Shown here one piece after another: positions 1 to 8,429 of a DNA stretch of 49,244 nt (position 1 is its first letter; the number at the start of each line of letters is the position of its first letter). The position numbers and the translations under genes are program-made. The stretch is from assembly GCA_964591605.1 (NCBI GenBank), contig CAZQEN010000002.1:6444-55687 (forward strand). The letters run 5' to 3'. The notes under the pieces are model-generated. The model saw only the letters and a list, made by a program, of their open reading frames with translations. It searched no databases and was not told the origin of the DNA. The DNA comes from an uncultured Planctomycetales bacterium. GTDB taxonomy: Bacteria > Planctomycetota > Phycisphaerae > UBA1845 > PWPN01.

Positions 1-491
1 CAATCGGCAATCTGACTCAACGCTCCCAGCCGGCGCAGCTCGTGAATGTTCCGCGAGAGATCTTCGACAAACTCCTCGCGCGTCACGAGTGAACGCTCGC
101 GATCGTCCCACGGGGCGTAAAGCAGGTGGGCATCGGAATGGGGGCCGACGCAGTGTCCCTCGCGGACCATGCGCGGGACGAACGGGCGGTATCGCCCGTC
201 GCGCAGGTAGTTGCCGGTGAGGAAGAATGAGGCCGGTGTCCCGCGGCGGGCCAGCACGTCGAGTACATGCTGCGTCCCCTCGCCATGCACATCGGCGGTG
301 AAGACGAGAGCGAGTTCGCGGCGCGAGCGGTCGCCCCGTGTGATCCCATCGTGATCGTACGTGAACGCATCGACGCGAGCGGCCGGTACGACCGGTTGCC
401 GGGTGGTTGTGCACGCGGCGGCCAGGAGCAGGAGCGGGAGCCCTACGAGCCCGCACGGACCCACACCAGTTGTGAATTCACGTCGAATCAC
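1..491 (-). CDS. polysaccharide deacetylase (NodB-type) family lipoprotein, partial; C-terminal part lies beyond the left edge
   Basis: Not in the ORF track (GTG start at 489-491, frame open to position 1). Hand translation: MIRREFTTGVGPCGLVGLPLLLLAAACTT...ELALVFTADVHGEGTQHVLDVLARRGTPASFFLTGNYLRDGRYRPFVPRMVREGHCVGPHSDAHLLYAPWDDRERSLVTREEFVEDLSRNIHELRRLGALSQIAD. Lipobox LAAAC. GH-x-G-x-HS-x-x-H metal-binding motif of NodB-type deacetylases. Confidence 0.6.
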   Translation of the reverse strand, partial: MIRREFTTGVGPCGLVGLPLLLLAAACTTTRQPVVPAARVDAFTYDHDGITRGDRSRRELALVFTADVHGEGTQHVLDVLARRGTPASFFLTGNYLRDGRYRPFVPRMVREGHCVGPHSDAHLLYAPWDDRERSLVTREEFVEDLSRNIHELRRLGALSQIAD

Positions 492-579
492 GGGCAGAAA
501 GTCTCACCGACGGGTTCCGCCAGGGCACATCTTCGACATCGGGGCTTCGTGCTCCATCGCTGTTTCTCACGGGGCCGCG

Positions 580-1545
580 CTATGCCTGGGCCGCCTGCCA
601 ACCGTAGGTTTCGTAGCGGTGTTCGAAGGTGCCGTCGGCTTTGACGTCGATGATGCCGAAGCCTTCGGGATTGCCGTTGTGGGGGCCCTTCCACCAGGCG
701 CCGCAGACCGCGCCGTCTTCGATGTGCGTGGTGTGCTCGTAGCGGATCGTCTCGTTCTCGTGCTTGTGGCCGCTGAGGGCGAGGTTCACCCGGTGGCGTC
801 GGAGCAGTTCGAGGATGGGCTTCGGGTTGCGGCAGACGAGGGCTCTGGAGACCGAGATGTCCGCGTTCCTGCCGGTCACGTCGACGCCGCGGAAGACGGT
901 GACGCTGATGATGGGGATGTGCATGCAGAGCGCCGTGGGCCGGCCGGCGGCCGCCTTGAGATCGGCGTCGATCCAGTGCAGGTCCTCCTCGCTGAAGCCG
1001 CCTTCGTAACCGCCTGGCGCGGGCTGGATGTCATCGACGAGCACGAAATGCCAGCCCTTGTGATCGAAGCTGTACGTCGTGCGCTCGAGGCCGAGCCGCT
1101 CCATGGCCATCTTCTTGCCGTAGGAGACGTGGTCGGGGGCGATTTTGCCCTTACTCGACCAGCCGAAGACGTCATGGTTGCCGATGCACTGGCGCCAGGG
1201 GATGTCGCTGTCTTTGCAGATGCTGGTATAGAGGTCGAACAGCGATTTTGCCCGCGCCTCGGACTGCTCGAGAATGTCGAACACCAGGTCGCCGCCGGTG
1301 AGGATGAAATCGGGGCGGGGTTTGAGGGCGTGAACCGCCTCGATGCACTTGCGGAAACCCTCGGCGCCCTTGAGCTCGGGTTGGACGTGAATGTCCGTGA
1401 AATGGACGAACCGGAATGCCTCGGGGCGCGGCTCCTGCGCTGAAGCGAGGGAAGGACGGCTCAACAAGGTCGCGGCCGCTGCCACGCCGACGCCGCCGAG
1501 CAGGCTGCGCCGCGTCAGTTTCACATCATCGGGCACCTTGTGCAT
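580..1545 (-). CDS. Tat-secreted metallophosphoesterase (calcineurin-like)
   Basis: 321-aa ORF. Twin-arginine signal LTRRSLLGGVGVAAAATLL..ASA. Phosphoesterase motifs HFTDIH, GGDLV, GNHD, SGHKH. Confidence 0.85.
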   Translation of the reverse strand: MHKVPDDVKLTRRSLLGGVGVAAAATLLSRPSLASAQEPRPEAFRFVHFTDIHVQPELKGAEGFRKCIEAVHALKPRPDFILTGGDLVFDILEQSEARAKSLFDLYTSICKDSDIPWRQCIGNHDVFGWSSKGKIAPDHVSYGKKMAMERLGLERTTYSFDHKGWHFVLVDDIQPAPGGYEGGFSEEDLHWIDADLKAAAGRPTALCMHIPIISVTVFRGVDVTGRNADISVSRALVCRNPKPILELLRRHRVNLALSGHKHENETIRYEHTTHIEDGAVCGAWWKGPHNGNPEGFGIIDVKADGTFEHRYETYGWQAAQA

Positions 1546-1592
1546 GGTCGATACTCCTGCGTCATGCGCGTCAATCGCAGACGGGAATCATA

Positions 1593-2156
1593 TCAGAATC
1601 GATCAATGAAGTACCCGCTCAGATCGGACTGGGATGCGGTGCCCTGTTGGGCGATCTGCGCAATCGTCTCGGCGGGCGGGCCGGCGTTCTGGGCGAGCCA
1701 GGCGGTGATCTCGTCGAGATCGGCGCCGCGATAGGGCAGGTCTCGGGCGCGGCTGGCCGCGTAGTGGCTGTCGGGCAGGTAGATCACCGTGCGGGTCTTG
1801 AGCAGGTTGGCCACGAGGCGGCAGGTCTGGCGCAGGGCGTTGGCGATCGGCGGGTCGGTCACGAAGGAGGACCAGCGGGTCCAGTGGTACAGTTCCAGAA
1901 CCTTCCGAAAGACCTGCGCATCGAAGCCCTCCGGCCCTTTCAGGACGATGTACCCGGCCTGGGTGAATTCCTGCTTCAGGGAGCTGTAGGCCGTGGATAT
2001 ATCGCGTTCATAGGCCCAGTCGGTCTTGGAGGCGGCGGCCCGCGCGGCCGGCGGAATCTCTGTGCCGGACCAGCGTGCGTTCAATCGCCCGGGAAGCGCC
2101 TCGATCTGCTCCCAGGTGAGGGCATGCCCGAACAGCGCGGTGAAATCCACCCGCAT
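1593..2156 (-). CDS. hypothetical protein (187 aa), no domain recognised
   Basis: ORF with ordinary amino-acid composition, unlike the Arg/Pro/Gly-rich shadow frames. Co-directional between lutC and the phosphoesterase gene. Confidence 0.6.
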   Translation of the reverse strand: MRVDFTALFGHALTWEQIEALPGRLNARWSGTEIPPAARAAASKTDWAYERDISTAYSSLKQEFTQAGYIVLKGPEGFDAQVFRKVLELYHWTRWSSFVTDPPIANALRQTCRLVANLLKTRTVIYLPDSHYAASRARDLPYRGADLDEITAWLAQNAGPPAETIAQIAQQGTASQSDLSGYFIDRF

Positions 2157-2196
2157 GAGGACCTCCGGCTCAACGCATGGACGACCCTGCCCCCGA

Positions 2197-2853
2197 TCAA
2201 CCCACCACGATCACGTGTTCGACCCGCGGCCCGTGTACACCCATGACGAGGGTGAGCTCGATGTCGGCGGTCTTGCTCGGTGCGGAGACCAGGACGGCCG
2301 ACGCGGGCATCGGGGCCTGCCCCCACACATCCAGCAGATCGGGCACGATTCCGGCGGCCTGAACGACACCAATATGGATCGGCACGGCCAGGCTCGCCAG
2401 CCGCCGCCGCCCACCGCCGCTGGCTAGGACCATCGAGCCCGTCTCAGCAATGCCCGCCTCCACACCGGTGATGCCGATGTCGGCGGCGAATGCGGCGTCG
2501 CGGTCATCGGCGCTGAGCCGTTCCACCCCCGCCTGGCCCAGGGCCGCCGCCACGGCGTCGCGGCCGGGCCAGTCCTCCTCGGGCATGATCGCGGACCGTG
2601 CTCCGGCGGCCTGCGCGATCTGGACGATGCACCGCGCCAGCGAATCGGCGTCCGCGACGCGGTGCGGCACCATTTTCGCCTGTTCGACGCTGAGGAGAAA
2701 GCGGGCAACGAGATCTTCACCCCGCGCGACCACCCGCGAGACTTCGAGATCGCCAGGCGGCGGAAGCGAAGGCTCAGACTCGGGCGGATCGCCGGTGCGG
2801 CCAAGGGCGGCCCGGATGCGGCCCAGGAACTGTTCCTGTGTTTCACCGATCAT
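2197..2853 (-). CDS. lutC: lactate utilization protein C (LUD domain, LutC/YkgG family)
   Basis: 218 aa with a LUD-type core (GITGVEAGIAETGSMVL...SAPSKTADIE). Its start overlaps the lutB stop by 11 nt. Third gene of a lutA-lutB-lutC order. Confidence 0.85.
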   Translation of the reverse strand: MIGETQEQFLGRIRAALGRTGDPPESEPSLPPPGDLEVSRVVARGEDLVARFLLSVEQAKMVPHRVADADSLARCIVQIAQAAGARSAIMPEEDWPGRDAVAAALGQAGVERLSADDRDAAFAADIGITGVEAGIAETGSMVLASGGGRRRLASLAVPIHIGVVQAAGIVPDLLDVWGQAPMPASAVLVSAPSKTADIELTLVMGVHGPRVEHVIVVG

Positions 2854-4288
2854 GGCGCCTCAACTCATCCTGCAGCTCCCCCCACTGCTCGCGGAAGGAG
2901 CGCCTGGCCGGGGCGGGGAAGTCGCGATGATCCGTCCAGGCTGCGAGCGGGCCGGGGAGCCGGCCGATCCACCCGCTGCGCCCCACGAGGCGCATGAACC
3001 AGCGGTTCATTTTCGCGCCGATGCGATACAGCAGCGGCGAGCACATGCCGATCCGCCAAAGCCTGAAGCCGATGCCGAAGGATTTCGCCAGGCGTCCGCG
3101 TTTGAACAGATCGTTGCGCATGTGGATCAGCATGGTCGGGATGTCGATCCGCACCGGGCAGGCCTCCAGGCAGGCCCCGCACAGGCTGGAGGCTTGCGGA
3201 AGGTTCTCGTACTGTTCGAGCGAGTTGAGCAGCGGCGTGATCAGCTTGCCGATGGGGCCCGGATAGACGCTGTCGTAGGCGTGCCCGCCGATTTTGCGGT
3301 AGACCGGGCACGCGTTGAGGCACGCCCCGCAGCGGATGCAGCGGAGCGTCGCGCGGTATTCGCCGGCGAGGATCTCGCTGCGGCCGCGGTCCATGATGAC
3401 CAGGTGGAACTCCGCGGGGCCGTCGGCGTCGCCGGGGCGCTTCGGGCCGGTGATCAGGCTGGTGTAGCAGGTGATCCGCTGGCCGGTGGCGCTCCTGGCG
3501 AGCAGCTTGAGGAACAGGGCGAGGTCCTTCATCCGCGGGATGACCTTCTCCATGCCCATGAGCGAAACGACGACCCGCGGGCGCGACGAGCAGAACCGGC
3601 CGTTGCCCTCGTTGGTCACGAGCACGACGGTGCCGGTCTCGGCCACGGCGAAGTTCACACCGGTGATGCCCATGTCGGCGGCCTTGAACTTCTCGCGGAG
3701 CACCTTCCGGGCGGCGGCGGTCAGGACCTCCGGGTCTTCGGTGTAGGGGATGCCCAGTTTTTCGTGAAAGAGCCGGGCCACGTCCTGGCGGTTCTTGTGA
3801 ATGACCGGGGTGACGATGTGCGAGGGCTTGTCGTGGTCGAGCTGCACGATGTATTCGCCCAGATCGGTCTCGACGACCTCAAAGCCGCGGGCCTCCAGGT
3901 CGTGGTTGAGCTCGATCTCCTCGCTGACCATCGACTTGCTCTTGATGATCGTGCGGACGTTGGCGTCGCGGGCGATCCGGGCGATCAGTTCGCGGGCCTG
4001 CTCGCCGGTCCGGGCAAAGTGCACATGCCCGCCGAGCTTGCGGATGTTGTCAGCGAGCTGGGCGAGGTAATGATCGAGATGGGCGAGGGTGTGGTCCTTG
4101 ACCCGGGCGGCCAGCTCGCGGGCGGCCAGCGGGTCGGGCAGCTCGGAGAGAATCGCCCGCCGCCCGCTGTCCTGGCGGCGCGTGCCGCGCTCCATGATCA
4201 CGCCCAGCCGCTCGTTGGCCAGGGCGAGGGCGGCGCGCTTCTTGAAGTCGGTTTGCTCGACGGTCTCCGCTGCGGCGGTGTGGCTCAT
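2843..4288 (-). CDS. lutB: lactate utilization protein B (iron-sulfur, LutB/YkgF family)
   Basis: The track ORF is 2843-4687, but its first 133 aa are Arg/Pro-rich junk. ATG at 4286-4288 (MSHTAAAETVEQ...) overlaps the lutA stop as ATGA. Two 4Fe-4S motifs (CIRCGACLNACP, CGACLEACP) plus a LUD domain. Confidence 0.9.
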   Translation of the reverse strand: MSHTAAAETVEQTDFKKRAALALANERLGVIMERGTRRQDSGRRAILSELPDPLAARELAARVKDHTLAHLDHYLAQLADNIRKLGGHVHFARTGEQARELIARIARDANVRTIIKSKSMVSEEIELNHDLEARGFEVVETDLGEYIVQLDHDKPSHIVTPVIHKNRQDVARLFHEKLGIPYTEDPEVLTAAARKVLREKFKAADMGITGVNFAVAETGTVVLVTNEGNGRFCSSRPRVVVSLMGMEKVIPRMKDLALFLKLLARSATGQRITCYTSLITGPKRPGDADGPAEFHLVIMDRGRSEILAGEYRATLRCIRCGACLNACPVYRKIGGHAYDSVYPGPIGKLITPLLNSLEQYENLPQASSLCGACLEACPVRIDIPTMLIHMRNDLFKRGRLAKSFGIGFRLWRIGMCSPLLYRIGAKMNRWFMRLVGRSGWIGRLPGPLAAWTDHRDFPAPARRSFREQWGELQDELRRHDR

Positions 4289-5061
4289 GTGAGCACCTCG
4301 CGACCGCGGCGGCCCGCCGGTGTTGGCTCTGTTTTTTGCATCGCCTGATCCAGGATCTGGGCGATGTGCCTGATCTCGATGTCGAGGCCGGCCCGGCGCA
4401 GGGCGCCGGCGATGTTCATCGTGCAGCCGCCATCGTTGGAGATCAGCAGGTTCGCACCGGTGGCCGCGATGCAGGCGGCCTTGTCGCGGACCATGGCGCC
4501 GGAGATGTCGCCGTATTTGACGGCGAACGTACCGCCGAAGCCGCAGCACTGTTCGATCTTGTCGAGCGGTCGATACTCGATTCCGCGGATGCGGGCGAGC
4601 ATCCGCACGGTTTCGTCGGTCATGCCGATCCCGCGGAGGTGGCAACTGTAGTGATAGGTCGCGACCGCGTCGTAGTGCAGATCCCACGGGGACCAGTCGA
4701 CCTTCAACACTTTTTCGAGGTATTCGAGAAAGTCAAAGGTCCTGCCGGCCAGGGCGGCGGCGCGGGCATGCTGGCGGGGGTCGTGCCGGAAGAGATGCGG
4801 GAAGTATTCGCGGACCATCGCGCAGCAGGAGCCCGACGGCGTGACGACCACTTCGGAGGATTCGAAGACATCAATCATGTGCGCCGCGACGCGGCGGGCC
4901 TCGTCGAGGTAGCCGCTGTTGAGAGCGGGCTGGCCGCAACAGGTCTGGTCGCAGGGGAAATCCACTTCGATGCCCAGCCGGCGCAGCACGCGGACCACGC
5001 AGATCGCCACCTCGGGATAGAACTGATCGGTCAGGCAGGTGACAAAGAGGGAAACGAACAT
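4285..5061 (-). CDS. lutA: lactate utilization protein A ((Fe-S)-binding CCG-domain oxidoreductase, LutA/YkgE family)
   Basis: MFVSLFVTCLTDQFYPEV..., with cysteine-rich CCG motifs (CDQTCCGQP, CCGFGG). I prefer ATG 5059-5061 to the track start 5088 because homologues begin M-x-V-x-LF-x-TC and AGGA lies 8 nt upstream. Confidence 0.9.
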   Translation of the reverse strand: MFVSLFVTCLTDQFYPEVAICVVRVLRRLGIEVDFPCDQTCCGQPALNSGYLDEARRVAAHMIDVFESSEVVVTPSGSCCAMVREYFPHLFRHDPRQHARAAALAGRTFDFLEYLEKVLKVDWSPWDLHYDAVATYHYSCHLRGIGMTDETVRMLARIRGIEYRPLDKIEQCCGFGGTFAVKYGDISGAMVRDKAACIAATGANLLISNDGGCTMNIAGALRRAGLDIEIRHIAQILDQAMQKTEPTPAGRRGREVLT

Positions 5062-5140
5062 CGAAGATCCTGGTTGCGGGGCGGACACGGACCGACCGGG
5101 CCGGCCCAGGTCCCATGCCGCACCGGTCCCGGGCCAGATC

Positions 5141-5563
5141 TCAGAACGTGACCACCATTTCCCCGCGGTTGCGAAACAGGAAGAAGATGACGACGGCCAG
5201 GCAGATCACACCCGCGCTGACGAAGAAGCCGAGCCAGGAGAGAGCGGGCTTGTCGTTGCGGCGCTGCCCGGCGCTGCTCCAGCCCATCCCGAAGGCGATG
5301 ACGGCCAGGAGAATCGTGATTCCGGCGGCGGCCATGACCAACTGGCCGCGTGTCCGGCCGTAGGTGATGACCCATTCCTTGCTGTCGACGTGGCGAAACA
5401 CGAGCAGCGCGAGTCCGGCCAGGCAGACGCACGAGATCAGGGACAGGATCGCGCTGAATCGCGCCTGAGCATCCGGACGGCTCAGTGAGAACTTGGCCAC
5501 GGGAACCTCCCTCAACCGAATCCACGGACCGCCCCAGACCCGCCCGGCGGTGCTGGTGCTCAA
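5141..5563 (-). CDS. small polytopic membrane protein (about 4 TM), hypothetical
   Basis: 140-aa ORF with four hydrophobic stretches (ILSLISCVCLAGLALLVF, VMAAAGITILLAVIAFGM, WLGFFVSAGVICLAVVIFFLF). Lies 52 bp upstream of lutA on the same strand. Start uncertain. Confidence 0.5.
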   Translation of the reverse strand: MSTSTAGRVWGGPWIRLREVPVAKFSLSRPDAQARFSAILSLISCVCLAGLALLVFRHVDSKEWVITYGRTRGQLVMAAAGITILLAVIAFGMGWSSAGQRRNDKPALSWLGFFVSAGVICLAVVIFFLFRNRGEMVVTF

Positions 5564-5794
5564 GCCGGTCCGGTTCGCAGATGGGGCGCATCACTAATCT
5601 AGCCGATGGGGCGGACGGCTGCCAGTGCCGGCTGCGTGGTTAGGCGAAGAAGTGGATATCGGCCGTTCCTGAGGCCCTGTCGCGGGAGCCCCACGGGACC
5701 CGGGGGCGGGGCTCTGTTCCCGGCGGCACACCTGCCGCGGGCGATCTCGGAACGGCGTGTACGCCCGATGGATGGTGGTTAAGCGGGAGGTCGT

Positions 5795-5945
5795 GCCCGA
5801 GCCGATCTTCGGGTCCCACACCTTCCGGGTGGGCCACACAGTCTCGCCCAAGCCGGTCTTCGAGTCCCCCACCGTTGGGCGGACCACACGGCCCTGCCCG
5901 ACCGGGCCTTCGGGTTCCCCGCCCTGCGGGTGGGCCACCCGGCAG
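5795..5945. repeat. three degenerate tandem units of 51/50/50 bp
   Basis: Units 5795-5845, 5846-5895 and 5896-5945 each begin GCCC(G/A)A and share CTTCG(G/A)GT and GGGC/GGACCAC blocks. Each holds a CCCAC...GTGGG-type short stem. Confidence 0.7.
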
Positions 5946-6056
5946 CCACGGGGCCGTCGGGTCGCCGGGGGCCTGGGTGTGCGGGGCGGGGTGCCTCTTG
6001 CCCTCTAGCGCCGCACCCCCGACAATGCGCGGGGGTGACCGGGAGTCCCTCTCCGC

Positions 6057-6908
6057 ATGGCCGATGAAGTCCCGCCGCGTTTGTTTGTTCTGCTCGCCCG
6101 TGAAGCGCCCGTCGGCGTGATCTTCCGCCGGGGGCCCACGAAATGGTGCGAACTCGTCAAATGGCAGACGGGGACGGACGCCATGCACCGCGGGCAATGG
6201 CTCCACGCGCGGATCTATGAGCGGCGGTCGGACCTGTCTCCGGACGGCACCAAGCTGGTGTACTTTGCCCTGGACGGACGTTATCGGTCCGAGACGCGGG
6301 GCAGTTACACGGCGATCAGCAAGCCTCCCTACTGGGCGCCGCTGGCGGTGTGGCCCAACGGGAACGCGGCCAATGGCGGCGGGTTGTTCATCGACAACCG
6401 CAAACTCTTCCTGAACCAGACGACCGAGACGCTCAAGGGCAAGGAGCCGCGCAACCTGGCCGTCGTCACCGCGCATCCGTATGGAGAACCGGTGGAGTCG
6501 GAGTGGCTGAGCGTGTACTACCCGAAGCTGCGGCGGGACGGGTGGGAGCAGACGGTGGCTGCCCCGGCCGGGGCGGAGCCGCGCGTGGATGTGTGGCGCA
6601 AAGTCCACCCGAAGGAACCCTACCGGCTGATCAAGGAAGTGACCACGCTGAAAGGGTCTCAGGACCCGCCGGTGCACGGCGGGACGCACGACCGCTATCG
6701 GATCGAGCTGGCCGATGGTTCGGTACTGGAGCTGACCGATGCGGAATGGGCCGACTTCGATCACCGGGACCGCCTGATTTTCACCCGTAAAGGCATTCTG
6801 TCCGCGGCGGCGGTCAATGACGGGCAGCTCATCGAAAAGCAGATCGCCGACTTCAACCCCGACAAACCCCGCCCCGTGGAACCGCCGTTCTCGGCACGAA
6901 ACTGGTAA
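6057..6908 (+). CDS. hypothetical protein (283 aa), no domain recognised
   Basis: Plausible composition. One PD40/TolB-like stretch (DLSPDGTKLVYFALDGR). No signal peptide. Confidence 0.6.
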   Translation: MADEVPPRLFVLLAREAPVGVIFRRGPTKWCELVKWQTGTDAMHRGQWLHARIYERRSDLSPDGTKLVYFALDGRYRSETRGSYTAISKPPYWAPLAVWPNGNAANGGGLFIDNRKLFLNQTTETLKGKEPRNLAVVTAHPYGEPVESEWLSVYYPKLRRDGWEQTVAAPAGAEPRVDVWRKVHPKEPYRLIKEVTTLKGSQDPPVHGGTHDRYRIELADGSVLELTDAEWADFDHRDRLIFTRKGILSAAAVNDGQLIEKQIADFNPDKPRPVEPPFSARNW

Positions 6909-7033
6909 TGCGGCAGGCGCCATGGCCGCCCGCGGCATGGCGCCGGCGCACCTGCGCCGGTCAGCACAAACCACAGATATCCCAGAGCAGCCAGCATTGA
7001 GGCGCAGGTGTGTTGCGAGCAGAAAGGAGTTGG

Positions 7034-7516
7034 ATGGTGAATCGGGATCTGATTGAGACGTTTGCGGCAGGGGGCGAGCGGTTGCGCCGCGCGGTAGCCG
7101 GGCTCTCGCGGGAGGATCTGCTGGCACGGCCGGGGCCGGGCGAGTGGTCGATTCAACAGTTGGTGGTGCATCTGACCGACAGCGATGCCCTCGTGATCGA
7201 CCGGATGAAGCGGGTGCTCACCGAGGACAATCCGTCGCTCCTGTCGGCCGACGAGTCGGCGTATGCCGAGCGGCTGCACTGCGATGACCAGTCCATCGAG
7301 GATGCGGTGGTGCTGTTTGACGTGGGGCGGCGGCAGTTTGCCCGCGTGCTCCGCAAGCTGTCGGACGGCGACTTCCAGCGCTTCGGCACGCATAACCAGC
7401 GGGGCAGGATGACGGTGGAGTCGATGGTCCTCGCGCTGGTCCAGCATCTGGAGCATCACCTGAAGTTCCTGGCGGCCAAGCGGGAGCGGCTGGGCAAGCC
7501 GGTGATGCCGGCGTGA
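7034..7516 (+). CDS. DinB-family (DinB_2-like) metal-dependent four-helix-bundle protein
   Basis: WSIQQLVVHLTDSD ... LVQHLEHHLKFL histidine pattern. ATG 7034 is preceded by GAAAGGAG. The track start is GTG 7010. Confidence 0.85.
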   Translation: MVNRDLIETFAAGGERLRRAVAGLSREDLLARPGPGEWSIQQLVVHLTDSDALVIDRMKRVLTEDNPSLLSADESAYAERLHCDDQSIEDAVVLFDVGRRQFARVLRKLSDGDFQRFGTHNQRGRMTVESMVLALVQHLEHHLKFLAAKRERLGKPVMPA

Positions 7517-7532
7517 TCTCGGGGCGGGGGCG

Positions 7533-7643
7533 GGGGCCATTTCGCAGACGCGGTGCCACATGGCCTTGGCGCGACTGATGAGGCCCATGTTTTCAAGGGC
7601 CATGGCAGGCATCTCGCGGTATTCGGTGTTCTCCGGACGGCGG
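7533..7643. repeat. orphan copy (A) of the 3' end of the TPR gene; left flank of the hicBA module
   Basis: Colinear with 8467-8577 at an offset of 934 bp. By hand I count 9 mismatches in 111 nt. The minus strand still encodes RRPENTEYREMPAMALENMGLISRAKAMWHRVCEMAP. Confidence 0.85.
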
Positions 7644-7660
7644 TGCAAGGGCGCGGTGTG

Positions 7661-7900
7661 TCAGGCCCGCTCGTACGCGGCCAGGAACTGCTCTCGCGGG
7701 ATGCCCGATTGAGTACAGATCGCCCGCAGCGTCGAGCCCTTGATGGTGCGATGGTTCGGCATGGTGAGCGGAGTGCGGCCCCCGTCCGGGTTCTGGCGCG
7801 ACATGGCGATATGCTCGGCCTCCCGGACGATCTGGAAGCCGAGGATGTTCAGCGCGCGGATGACTCTGGCCCTGGGCGCGTCAACAGGAAACCTGGTCAT
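7661..7900 (-). CDS. hicA: HicA-family toxin (YcfA-like mRNA interferase)
   Basis: 79 aa: ...VIRALNILGFQIVREAEHIAMSRQNPDGGRTPLTMPNHRTIKGSTLRAICTQSGIPREQF. This is the HicA fold pattern with the conserved His. Its ATG overlaps the hicB stop (ATGA at 7897-7900). Confidence 0.85.
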   Translation of the reverse strand: MTRFPVDAPRARVIRALNILGFQIVREAEHIAMSRQNPDGGRTPLTMPNHRTIKGSTLRAICTQSGIPREQFLAAYERA

Positions 7901-8124
7901 GCAGTCCCAACCGGCGCCTCCGCCAGGAAGGCATCCAGGATCGGCGGATCGCCGTCCAACACGTCGGCGCCGAAAGTCTCCACGTGGAAGCGAATCGCCG
8001 AAGTAACGTCGCTGAGCGCCTCGTCATACGTGTCGCCCTGACCGACGACGACGCCTTTGAGACCCAGCGGGTATGCTACATACCCGTCCGGATGCTTTTC
8101 GACGATGACTTTGATCGATTTCAT
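7897..8124 (-). CDS. hicB: HicB-family antitoxin (UPF0150-type, no DNA-binding extension)
   Basis: 75 aa: MKSIKVIVEKHPDGYVAYPLGLKGVVVGQGDTYDEALSDVTSAIRFHVE, the typical HicB N-terminal domain. Translationally coupled to hicA. Confidence 0.8.
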   Translation of the reverse strand: MKSIKVIVEKHPDGYVAYPLGLKGVVVGQGDTYDEALSDVTSAIRFHVETFGADVLDGDPPILDAFLAEAPVGTA

Positions 8125-8429
8125 CCCCCTATCCTACCAGTCGCCCGGCCGTCTCGTCCAACGGCGCAACCCGTGCCCGGCGAGCGGGTGCTCGACAGGT
8201 CGTGCGGCGTCTCTGTCAGAACCCCTCGCGGAAGCAGGGAAAACGGGGGTGCGAGCGGGTGCGCCCGCGCAACACCAAGTCGTTTTCGATTCGGAGAGCA
8301 CGTTTCCGGTCGTTGCGGCTCATGGAGTTGTGGAAGTGTCAGGAGTTCCAACCCATCGGACAGCCGCCGGGGGGCGACAGCCTTCTGACCCTCGGAAGCA
8401 GGGGACCACACCAGTTGCGACGCACGCGC

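Noticed and set aside
2450-4348. 632-aa plus-strand ORF
   Set aside because: It is antisense to lutB/lutC. It is Ala/Arg/Gly/Pro-rich with no motifs, a typical high-GC shadow ORF. The minus-strand frame carries unmistakable LutB motifs.
5757-6008. Possible repeat-containing small protein over the 50-bp tandem units
   Set aside because: Unit lengths of 51/50/50 nt shift the frame between units, so the peptide repeat is not maintained. No start context.
5640-7127. 495-aa minus-strand ORF spanning the 5.6-6.0 kb spacer and the 283-aa gene
   Set aside because: It has Arg/Pro/Gly-rich junk composition. It is antisense to a better plus-strand ORF and runs through the non-coding tandem repeats.
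6761-7648. 295-aa minus-strand ORF whose N-terminus matches the C-terminus of the TPR protein
   Set aside because: Only its first ~40 aa are TPR-like; that is the orphan repeat copy A. The rest is the antisense of DinB. It is a duplication remnant, not a gene.
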